Source: Pseudoalteromonas tetraodonis (GTDB lineage: Bacteria > Pseudomonadota > Gammaproteobacteria > Enterobacterales > Alteromonadaceae). Taken from it: a stretch of DNA of 32,000 nucleotides. Positions 9,063-16,514 of this stretch are shown here, in pieces (the first letter of the stretch is position 1; the number at the start of each line of letters is the position of its first letter). Where the stretch lies: positions 1,410,001 to 1,442,000 of the forward strand of contig NZ_CP011041.1 in NCBI RefSeq assembly GCF_002310835.1. Direction: 5' to 3'. The notes below the pieces were generated by a model. That model saw nothing but the letters and a program-made list of their open reading frames with translations, was not told where the DNA came from and did not search any database. The position numbers and the translations under genes are program-made.

Positions 9063-9522
9063 CTAAAAGAGCAGCGTCTCTTAACCCTCTTTGTGCATAC
9101 TTTTCTTAAAGATCTTATTGAACTGAGAGAAGAGAATGAGGAGTAAATGAGAAGATAAAACAAGTGTTAGGGATTAGGCCCGCAGCCCGATAACTTTCGA
9201 CTTTAACCTCTAAAAGCGCAGCGTCTCTTAGCTCTCTTTGTGCATACTTTTCTTAAAGATCTAATTGAACTAAGAGAAGGGAATGAGGAACAAATGAGAA
9301 GGCCAAAAAGATGTTAGGATACAGCTCGTGACTCGCTCCCCGCAGCCCGTTAACTTTCGACTTTAACCTCCAAAAGCGCAGCGTCTCTTAGCCCTCTTTG
9401 TGCATACTTTTCTTAAAGATCTAATTGAACTAAGAGAAGGGAATGAGGAACAAATGAGAAGGCCAAAAAGATGTTAGGATACAGCTCGTAACCCGCTCCC
9501 CGCAACCCGTTAACTTTCACTT
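9063..9522. repeat. tandem array of three 147-160-nt units
   Basis: Unit starts (C[T/C]AAAAG[A/C]GCAGCGTCTCTTA...) are at 9063, 9210 and 9370. Units 2 and 3 differ by about 5 substitutions in my manual alignment. Unit 1 is more diverged and 13 nt shorter. Unit 3 runs across the stop codon (9510-9512) of the minus-strand Wzy_C gene. Confidence 0.9.
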
Positions 9523-10847
9523 CGCCGTTTTTTAATCCGTTTTGGTGCTGGCAACTTATTGGTTAATAAAGCTAAACATAACACCACGATAAACAACATC
9601 GAATTAGCCCCCGCCTGCAGCGAATAATCAACCGACGAATGCAGCATCATTGCCACAATAGCTGTAGCACAACCAAACGCCACACCCTGATAAAGGGCCG
9701 TTTTGCGCGTTCGCATAGTATTAATACATAACCATAAACAATAAACCACTAACAGCCCCAATAACGCCGTTGCAGGAATACCCAGCTCAACTGCAAATTG
9801 CACATAATCGTTGTGCGCATTGTCGTAATAACCAGAGTAGGGCTCAGACTGATACGCAGGAAACGCAGTATAAAAAGTACCGCCGCCCGAGCCTAATAAC
9901 GGGTTATCTAAAATCAGCGGGATTGAGTCGCGTACAACTTCATCGCGAGTTTCCGATTGTAAACTGGTTTCGCTAATACGTTGTTTTACCTTTTCTACAT
10001 CGAAAATGGCACCAATGATGATTAAATCGATAATGAAAAAGCTGACAATCAGCAATTTAAATGCTTTAGGCTTTTGCTTATAAACAAACAGCGCCAGTAA
10101 GCTCACTATAATTAAGGCGATAAAAAAAGCCGAATTACCCATGCGACTACGGGTTAAAATAAGTGCCACAATTATAATAATTAGCGATATACGCAAAATT
10201 ATTTTAGAGCTTAATATAATCTCAGCCCAAGCACGTAAGGTTTGTTTTAAAGTAGGCTTGTAGCCGTTGTTAGTGCGTTTTAGTTCGCTAATTAAAACAC
10301 CAATGCCTAAGCATAAACACAGCGCTAAATAGTTAGCTAAAAAGTTAGAATAGGTAAAAGTACCAATAGCTCTGTCGGTGTGTTTGTAGCCAAATAAAGG
10401 GCTAACAATATCGGGCGATAAGTTTAAGTAACTAGCATACAAAGCCTGAAAAACACCGGCGCAAATGACGGCGTAAATTAATTTTTTAATACGATTTACA
10501 TTATTACAGTAATTAAATATTAACCAGCTCAACATTATTAAAAAACTGGTTTTTAATAACATTTGTTTTGTTTGAAAAGCATCAACACTTACGCCAAATA
10601 ACTGGACCCCGCACACCAAAGCAACAATGCCTAAGGCAGTAAATAATGGCCAAGTATATCGAGGAGGGAAAAGTGCTTGGTGGTTATTTAAAACACTGTT
10701 TGCCAAGTGAGTAATAAAGGTAAAGCTAGTTAAAATACCAATAGCTAAAATTGCCCAAGGCCTGTAACTACCTAAAGGAAGGGGAAGCAAAAAAAGGATC
10801 AGACAAATAAGAAAAAATATAAAACGATTCAAAATAAACTCAAACAA
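9510..10847 (-). CDS. Wzy_C-family membrane protein (O-antigen ligase WaaL-like or PglL-like O-oligosaccharyltransferase)
   Basis: 445 aa with many hydrophobic segments. It has N-terminal LPLPLGSYRPWA, a large loop with the motif YDNAHNDYVQFAVELGI typical of Wzy_C, and a basic C-terminus. The start is uncertain: only TTG codons are available, at 10847 or 10832. Confidence 0.75.
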   Translation of the reverse strand: MFEFILNRFIFFLICLILFLLPLPLGSYRPWAILAIGILTSFTFITHLANSVLNNHQALFPPRYTWPLFTALGIVALVCGVQLFGVSVDAFQTKQMLLKTSFLIMLSWLIFNYCNNVNRIKKLIYAVICAGVFQALYASYLNLSPDIVSPLFGYKHTDRAIGTFTYSNFLANYLALCLCLGIGVLISELKRTNNGYKPTLKQTLRAWAEIILSSKIILRISLIIIIVALILTRSRMGNSAFFIALIIVSLLALFVYKQKPKAFKLLIVSFFIIDLIIIGAIFDVEKVKQRISETSLQSETRDEVVRDSIPLILDNPLLGSGGGTFYTAFPAYQSEPYSGYYDNAHNDYVQFAVELGIPATALLGLLVVYCLWLCINTMRTRKTALYQGVAFGCATAIVAMMLHSSVDYSLQAGANSMLFIVVLCLALLTNKLPAPKRIKKRRSES

Positions 10848-10876
10848 AGTAAAAACGCAGCCAATTGGCTGCGTTT
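10848..10876 (-). terminator. rho-independent terminator after the 181-aa gene
   Basis: On the minus strand a perfect 10-bp stem, AAACGCAGCC - AATT - GGCTGCGTTT (10853-10876), is followed by TTTTTACTTTG. The T-tract abuts the TTG start of the next gene. Confidence 0.75.
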
Positions 10877-10896
10877 GAATATACTAATAGTAAAAA

Positions 10897-11442
10897 CTAG
10901 TTACCGACTTCAGATATACCGTTATCACCGCCTGTACCACCAGAACCTGGAGGTGTTGGTAATGTTGGTAAGCTGCCTACTGGCGGAGCAGGCTGACCCG
11001 CACCAGGACCTGCAGCAGTTGCTTCAGAAGCGGTTGTTGCATCAACACCTGCGGTAATTGCTGCTAGGGTAATTGCATCAGTATCTAAACCAGCATCCGA
11101 AAGAGCAGCTAAAAAGTCAGAAATTAATGGATTGTCTGCACCAAAACGTGCCACAACAGCAGCAACCATTGCATCTATATCAGCAGCGCCACAAGCGCCA
11201 TTAAGCAGTTTTTCGTCTAGCTTGATTTTTTCTTTATTTTTACAAATACGTTTAATCGCTTCTACTAAATCTTCGCGTAATTGCTCTGGCGTAGTATCTG
11301 CTGTTACGTTATTAAGAATATCAATAATGCTATTTATGCTCACTTCTTGAACCACAGCATTATTATCCGTTTGTGCATAGGTTGGCAAAGCAGTTAGAGC
11401 AGACGCACTAGCTACTAAGCCAGCTAAAATTAATTTTTTCAT
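10897..11442 (-). CDS. small secreted protein of unknown function with a low-complexity Ala/Pro/Ser/Thr/Gly tail
   Basis: Sec signal MKKLILAGLVASASALTALPTYA/QT, with AGGGA about 8 nt upstream of the ATG. It has two Cys residues (RICKNK...NGACG). The tail is DATTASEATAAGPGAGQPAPPVGSLPTLPTPPGSGGTGG. Confidence 0.75.
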   Translation of the reverse strand: MKKLILAGLVASASALTALPTYAQTDNNAVVQEVSINSIIDILNNVTADTTPEQLREDLVEAIKRICKNKEKIKLDEKLLNGACGAADIDAMVAAVVARFGADNPLISDFLAALSDAGLDTDAITLAAITAGVDATTASEATAAGPGAGQPAPPVGSLPTLPTPPGSGGTGGDNGISEVGN

Positions 11443-11463
11443 TTCTCGTCCCTTGGTTGAGTA

Positions 11464-13470
11464 CTAATTGCAAAATTTTAGCGCATCGGTGCAAAAAGTA
11501 AACTCTTTATTTACGCCATTTTCATTAGATTTAATAATTTTTGATGGTGGCAGTATTAAATTACCTTGTACCCCATCACATCCTAGGTATTCAAGTATTT
11601 CTAAAGTCTCGGTTTTTTCAATTAAACAGGCTAAAACTTTAATACCAAAGCCATGACAAATATTATTAACTGTTTGAATATAAAATTGACTTTGCGGGTT
11701 AGTTACCAAATCTTGAATGTAACTACCATCAATTTTAACGTACTCAATATCAAGACCTTGTAAATACCTAAACGACGTTAAGCTAGTACCAAAGTGCTCA
11801 ATACACACATTAATACCCAGCTCTTTAATTGCATCTATATGTAAAGACGCAACATGCACGTTATAAAGCAAACCAATTTCATGTAGTTCAAACACTAAGT
11901 TTGTTTTAATTACCGGTTTAGTGTGCGAGTAAAGGGTAAGCCATTGTATAAAGTCGGCTGAATACAATGATGCTTTACTAATATTCAACGCAAACACATC
12001 ATTAGGGTAGTGCTCTTTTACATCTACAAAGCTACGTATAATTTTTTTATCGAGTTCTTCGGTTAAATTTAATTTTTCAGCCATCGCAAATAAGTGACCA
12101 TTATTTACCTTTTCACCTTCATGAATAAAGTGTGCAAATACCTCAAAGTAACACTGAGAATCAGTTTTATTAGCTTGTTTAACAGGTTGCACCGAAAAAC
12201 TCACTTCGCCAGCATTTATAATCGACTTAATTAAGGTACGCCATTGGTTAACACTAAATAATGACTCTTTATCGTTTTTATCAAACGTAGTGTCTTCACC
12301 TATAGTGCAACCAGTATCAAGTAGCGATAACACTTCACCTAAACTCGCTCCTTGCTCAACGCCAACAATCGCTAAATTAGCGTAACCGTTTATATGTAAG
12401 CTGTTTTCTTTTTGACTTAAATTATCAATGAGGTCTAAGCGGGCTTTATTTAAAAATAAAACGTCATATGGGGCCAGTAATACAAACGTACCCCCGTTAA
12501 GCCTAAATATGGTTGAATTTGGTAACTCATCGGCGACATGCTTAAGTATTTTAGCGGCATCAAGTACATGCTGATCACCATCTTGGTAGCTTACCACTTG
12601 GTTAATATTATTTAACGAGGGTAGGGTAAGCATCATCGCAGTAATTGGCGTATCGTCAGTAATATTATTTACAACAGAATTAAAGTGGTTTTCAAACGAC
12701 TTACGGTTACCCAACCCCGTTAACGAATCTATGTATACTTCTTCAGTAAGCGCTTGTGTTTGTTTGGTCAGCGAATCAAACGTACTTTGTAAGTTTATAA
12801 CCATGTTATTTATGGCTTGGGTTACAGTGCGAAGCTCCCGTGCTACTGGTATTTCTTTATTTAAGGTAAAGCGTTTTCGAGTAACTAAAGTGGCTTGATC
12901 TTCTACTGCTTTTAACGGCTTAAATACTGCGCGTAAAATTAAAAATGCAATAGCCAGTGATGCTGCTAATAGCAAAAATGAGCTATATAAGCTGCGGAGT
13001 GTGTGTTGCCATAAGGTAAGGTAAGATTGCCCAGTATGGCTGGTTACATCAAGTGTGCCTGCCATCATCCAACCATTGTTTATTTCAGAGTGCATAGTGG
13101 GCGCACTCAGTTCAACAGCACTAATAAACCAACCAGGAACAGATTCAACGCGTTTAGGGTTTTGTAACTCAAACACTATATTATTTTGCACATCAGTAAA
13201 TTTAATTTGGCTGTAATAACCAGAGTCAAAAATAGCGGTTGCCATCGTTTCGGCAATTACTAGGCTATCGTCTTCTAAATAAGGAGATATAGAAAGCCCT
13301 AAACTGGTAGCGGTGTCTTGCGCATGGCTGGCCATTTGCGTTTGTAAATAATTACGGGTTGTATCCACATCGGTAATAACGCGTACACAAAATGAAATAA
13401 CCGAAATTAATATGATCAAGCCATATACTTGAGTTTTTAAACTCAATCCATATTTAAATATTCGAGACAT
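11464..13470 (-). CDS. lapD: LapD-like inner-membrane c-di-GMP receptor (TM - periplasmic domain - TM - HAMP - degenerate GGDEF - degenerate EAL)
   Basis: Preferred start is MSRIFKYGL (ATG 13470, AAGGA 10 nt upstream), followed by a TM helix. The periplasmic segment contains PGWF. A second TM helix and a HAMP-like segment follow. The GGDEF site reads RLNGGTF. EAL-domain motifs are degenerate: EVF for EAL and IEHFGT for DDFGTG. Confidence 0.8.
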   Translation of the reverse strand: MSRIFKYGLSLKTQVYGLIILISVISFCVRVITDVDTTRNYLQTQMASHAQDTATSLGLSISPYLEDDSLVIAETMATAIFDSGYYSQIKFTDVQNNIVFELQNPKRVESVPGWFISAVELSAPTMHSEINNGWMMAGTLDVTSHTGQSYLTLWQHTLRSLYSSFLLLAASLAIAFLILRAVFKPLKAVEDQATLVTRKRFTLNKEIPVARELRTVTQAINNMVINLQSTFDSLTKQTQALTEEVYIDSLTGLGNRKSFENHFNSVVNNITDDTPITAMMLTLPSLNNINQVVSYQDGDQHVLDAAKILKHVADELPNSTIFRLNGGTFVLLAPYDVLFLNKARLDLIDNLSQKENSLHINGYANLAIVGVEQGASLGEVLSLLDTGCTIGEDTTFDKNDKESLFSVNQWRTLIKSIINAGEVSFSVQPVKQANKTDSQCYFEVFAHFIHEGEKVNNGHLFAMAEKLNLTEELDKKIIRSFVDVKEHYPNDVFALNISKASLYSADFIQWLTLYSHTKPVIKTNLVFELHEIGLLYNVHVASLHIDAIKELGINVCIEHFGTSLTSFRYLQGLDIEYVKIDGSYIQDLVTNPQSQFYIQTVNNICHGFGIKVLACLIEKTETLEILEYLGCDGVQGNLILPPSKIIKSNENGVNKEFTFCTDALKFCN

Positions 13471-14161
13471 AACTACTAGTTCCTTTATTGTTACTGGCGG
13501 CGGAGGCAAGCTCACCTTGTTCAATTCGTTCAAGCATAGTGTTCCAAGCAGAAACGCCACGACTATTTTTAACCTTATTACCTAACCCTTTCGATTTGGC
13601 TAACCATAAACCTTGGCCATTAAAACTGTATATAGGTTTTAAATCGCCCCGATTGCTTGCAGGCACTAATTTTGTATTAAAGTTATCAAGCACCAACGGT
13701 ATTTGGTTTGGTTGTTCAAAGTATATAAGCACCATGTGTGGTTGATTAACCGTACGCTGGCGTACATACATAAAGCGTATTTTATCTTCGGGGATACCTA
13801 AAGCGATTAAAGTAAAATATTTAGCAATAACATAATCTTCACAGTCACCCATGCCGACACCTAGGCTTTCTAGAGGGGTGGCCCAGTAATCTTTTTTTTG
13901 CCAAAGTTCGTCATCGGTTTTGTACTTTATATGCTTGTTAAAAAAATCATTAACTAAATGAATTTTTTGCCATTCGCTCTTATCGGCAGAGTCATCTATA
14001 AAACTCAGCCACGTTTTTATACGTTGGTGGCCTGCATCGCCGTAAAACTGTTTGGCACGGCTTATTATATCGCTATTTCGCAGATGCAAAAGCATGTCTT
14101 GTGCACAAGCAAAAAAAGACACTAATATAATGATGCAAATTCCAACGCGCACAAAGCCCAT
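13454..14161 (-). CDS. lapG: LapG-like periplasmic transglutaminase-like cysteine protease (BTLCP family)
   Basis: Preferred start is MGFVRVGICIIILVSFFACA/QD (signal peptide, ATG 14161). It has the catalytic-Cys motif GMGDCEDYVIAKY, later PHMVL (His) and VLDN (Asp). The stop at 13454 overlaps the lapD-like start by 17 nt. Confidence 0.8.
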   Translation of the reverse strand: MGFVRVGICIIILVSFFACAQDMLLHLRNSDIISRAKQFYGDAGHQRIKTWLSFIDDSADKSEWQKIHLVNDFFNKHIKYKTDDELWQKKDYWATPLESLGVGMGDCEDYVIAKYFTLIALGIPEDKIRFMYVRQRTVNQPHMVLIYFEQPNQIPLVLDNFNTKLVPASNRGDLKPIYSFNGQGLWLAKSKGLGNKVKNSRGVSAWNTMLERIEQGELASAASNNKGTSSYVSNI

Positions 14162-14284
14162 CCCTAAAATGTTAACAAAGCCATTATATTCCCATTGAAA
14201 GTAAATTGATAGATTACAAAAAAAGCAAAAATAACCCGTTAACATAAAATTAACCTAAAACAATCAAAAAGGCTGCTTTTTATA

Positions 14285-14312
14285 TTGAGCGATTATTTGT
14301 GTTGTGTATAAT
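14285..14312 (+). promoter_or_regulatory. candidate sigma70 promoter for the galU-led polysaccharide operon
   Basis: TTGAGC (14285-14290), a 16-nt spacer, then TATAAT (14307-14312), about 100 nt upstream of the galU GTG. This is a sequence match only. Confidence 0.3.
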
Positions 14313-14411
14313 ACCCGCCCATCTGGTTAGTAGTATTTAAAACTCGCTACTCGCAGCGGTATTTTATAAATAGCTACGTTATAACCAAAAGTAACTATAA
14401 AAGGAATTGAA

Positions 14412-15308
14412 GTGAAAGTATTAAAAGCAGTCTTGCCTGTTGCAGGCTTGGGTACCCGTATGTTACCCGCTACCAAAGCAACACCAAAGGAAATGCTTCC
14501 ACTAGTCGACAAACCTCTCATTCAATACGTTGTAAACGAAGCCGTAAAAGCCGGTATTAAAGAAATTGTACTGGTTACTCATGCTTCTAAAAACGCAATA
14601 GAAAATCATTTTGATACCAGTTTTGAGCTAGAAGCTACTTTAGAAGCGCGTGTAAAACGCAGCCTATTAGAAGAGGTGCGTTCAATAATCCCGCGTGATG
14701 TAAGCATTATATCGGTTCGTCAATCGGCGCCATTAGGTTTAGGCCATGCAATACTTGAAACACGTCCAATTATAGGCAACAACCCTTTTGCTATTTTATT
14801 GCCCGATGTAATTATCGATCAATATAAGTCAAATCTTAAGGTTGATAACCTAGCGCAAATGATCGCCCAATTTGAACGTACTCAACATAATCAAATTATG
14901 GTTGAACCTGTCCCTCATGAGGAAGTGCACAACTATGGTGTGGTTGATTTGGCAGGTAAAAATATTGCGCCTGGCGAAAATGCAACCATTACCAACATGG
15001 TTGAAAAGCCAAACAATGACGAAGCACCCAGTAATTTAGCCATAACAGGGCGCTATGTTGTATCACCCGCTATTTGGGATTTACTCGAGTTTACGCCTCC
15101 AGGGGCTGGCGGCGAAATACAATTAACGGATGCATTACTGCAGTTACGTCATCTTGAAACAATTGAAGCGTATCATTTAAAAGGTAAGTCACACGACTGC
15201 GGCTCAAAATTAGGTTACATGCTTGCAAACGTAGAATACGCAATGCAATCAAACCTAATGGGTGAAGAATTTACAAAGCGCGTTAAGCAATTAATGGCAA
15301 ATGCATAA
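14412..15308 (+). CDS. galU: UTP--glucose-1-phosphate uridylyltransferase
   Basis: GTG start after AAGGAA. Motifs are [35 protein letters not shown] and later VEKP. Confidence 0.9.
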   Translation: MKVLKAVLPVAGLGTRMLPATKATPKEMLPLVDKPLIQYVVNEAVKAGIKEIVLVTHASKNAIENHFDTSFELEATLEARVKRSLLEEVRSIIPRDVSIISVRQSAPLGLGHAILETRPIIGNNPFAILLPDVIIDQYKSNLKVDNLAQMIAQFERTQHNQIMVEPVPHEEVHNYGVVDLAGKNIAPGENATITNMVEKPNNDEAPSNLAITGRYVVSPAIWDLLEFTPPGAGGEIQLTDALLQLRHLETIEAYHLKGKSHDCGSKLGYMLANVEYAMQSNLMGEEFTKRVKQLMANA

Positions 15309-15347
15309 AGTTATGCAAAACCGGTTAGTAAAAAATTAAGGGAAATC

Positions 15348-16481
15348 ATGGCTATTAAAGTATTAAGTATTTTTGGTACGCGACCTGAAGCAATAAAAAT
15401 GGCGCCACTTGTTAAAGCACTAAATGCAGCAGAAGGTATTGACGCAAAAGTATGTGTTACTGCCCAGCATCGTGAAATGCTTGACCAAGTTTTAGAGTTG
15501 TTTGAAATTGTACCAGATTACGATTTAAATATTATGAAGCCGGGTCAAAGCTTATACGATGTAACAACAAATATTTTGTTAGGCTTAAAACCTATTCTTG
15601 AAGAGTTTAAACCAGATTTAGTCCTTGTTCATGGCGATACAAGTACGACTTTATCTGCAAGCTTAGCGGCGTTTTATCAGCAAATTCCAGTAGGGCACGT
15701 AGAAGCGGGTTTACGCACAGGTAACTTAAGTTCACCATGGCCGGAAGAGGGTAACCGTAAACTCACTGGCGCTATTACAAAGTTACACTTTGCACCAACG
15801 CAAACATCACAGCAAAACTTACTCAACGAAGCAGTAAATGCTGACGATATCGTAATTACTGGTAACACCGTTATTGATGCATTACTACAAGTGGTTGATA
15901 AGGTAAAAACTGATACCGCTTTAATTTCAACTCTAAAAGCTAAGTTTCCAGAGCTCGATGAAACTAAAAAACTTATTTTAGTAACAGGGCACCGCCGTGA
16001 GAGTTTTGGTGGCGGTTTTGAGCGAATTTGTGAGGCGTTAGTAGAAATTGCAACCGCGCATCCAGATACACAAATTTTATACCCAATGCATTTAAATCCT
16101 AATGTACGCGAACCGGTAAACCGCATATTAAAAAATGTTGATAATGTGCATTTAATCGAGCCGCAAGACTATCTCCCATTTGTGTACTTAATGAATCAAG
16201 CTCACATAATAGTAACCGACTCAGGTGGCGTACAAGAAGAAGCGCCAAGCCTTGGTAAGCCTGTACTTGTTATGCGTGACACCACAGAACGCCCAGAAGC
16301 GGTAGAAGCAGGTACAGTTAAACTAGTGGGTACAGATAAAGCTCGTATTGTGAGTGAAGTAAATAACTTACTAACAAATGCTCAAGAATATCAATCAATG
16401 AGCCGTGCACATAACCCTTATGGTGATGGTAAAGCGTGTGAGCGCATTGTGGCAAAAATTAAGCAACACTTTAAAGATTAA
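15348..16481 (+). CDS. wecB: UDP-N-acetylglucosamine 2-epimerase (non-hydrolysing)
   Basis: [63 protein letters not shown]. Confidence 0.9.
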   Translation: MAIKVLSIFGTRPEAIKMAPLVKALNAAEGIDAKVCVTAQHREMLDQVLELFEIVPDYDLNIMKPGQSLYDVTTNILLGLKPILEEFKPDLVLVHGDTSTTLSASLAAFYQQIPVGHVEAGLRTGNLSSPWPEEGNRKLTGAITKLHFAPTQTSQQNLLNEAVNADDIVITGNTVIDALLQVVDKVKTDTALISTLKAKFPELDETKKLILVTGHRRESFGGGFERICEALVEIATAHPDTQILYPMHLNPNVREPVNRILKNVDNVHLIEPQDYLPFVYLMNQAHIIVTDSGGVQEEAPSLGKPVLVMRDTTERPEAVEAGTVKLVGTDKARIVSEVNNLLTNAQEYQSMSRAHNPYGDGKACERIVAKIKQHFKD

Positions 16482-16514
16482 AATAAAGTTTAAAACTTTT
16501 TCAAGGATTTAGTA

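Noticed and set aside
8930-9163. 77-aa minus-strand ORF (…ARRSSPIAHRPSPVARRS…)
   Set aside because: Its repetitive peptide is just the translation of the (GCGAYGG)8 microsatellite and the first tandem unit. It has no RBS and sits between convergent gene ends, so I treat it as spurious.
9063-9522. Possible CRISPR array
   Set aside because: The units are about 150 nt and directly abutting, with no unique spacers and no cas genes. It is a tandem repeat, not a CRISPR array.
13471-13560. N-terminal 30-aa extension of the LapD-like ORF from the track
   Set aside because: The extension lies entirely inside the lapG-like coding region and has no RBS. The ATG at 13470 has an AAGGA RBS and gives a typical short cytoplasmic N-terminus followed by a TM helix.
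14162-14245. N-terminal 28-aa extension of the LapG-like ORF from the track
   Set aside because: The internal start MGFVRVGICIIILVSFFACA gives a proper signal peptide for a periplasmic protease. The extension would bury it.
14355-14362. ops/JUMPstart element upstream of galU (AGCGGTAT versus GGCGGTAG)
   Set aside because: Only 6 of 8 positions match and no second JUMPstart half was seen. That is not enough support for a RfaH-dependent element.
15677-16126. 149-aa antisense ORF inside wecB
   Set aside because: It is fully nested antisense within a strongly supported gene and has low-complexity Ser/Cys-rich content. The same reasoning rejects the other nested or antisense track ORFs: 308-661, 679-936, 1784-2041, 3059-3286, 3726-3950, 4732-4920, 4745-4963, 5227-5487, 5709-6017, 5998-6204, 9770-9976, 10875-11057, 11132-11350, 11468-11656, 13488-13745, 14327-14521, 17018-17230, 17417-17611, 19114-19407, 22867-23061, 23503-23709, 23758-23952, 24895-25125, 25106-25381 and 30502-30732.
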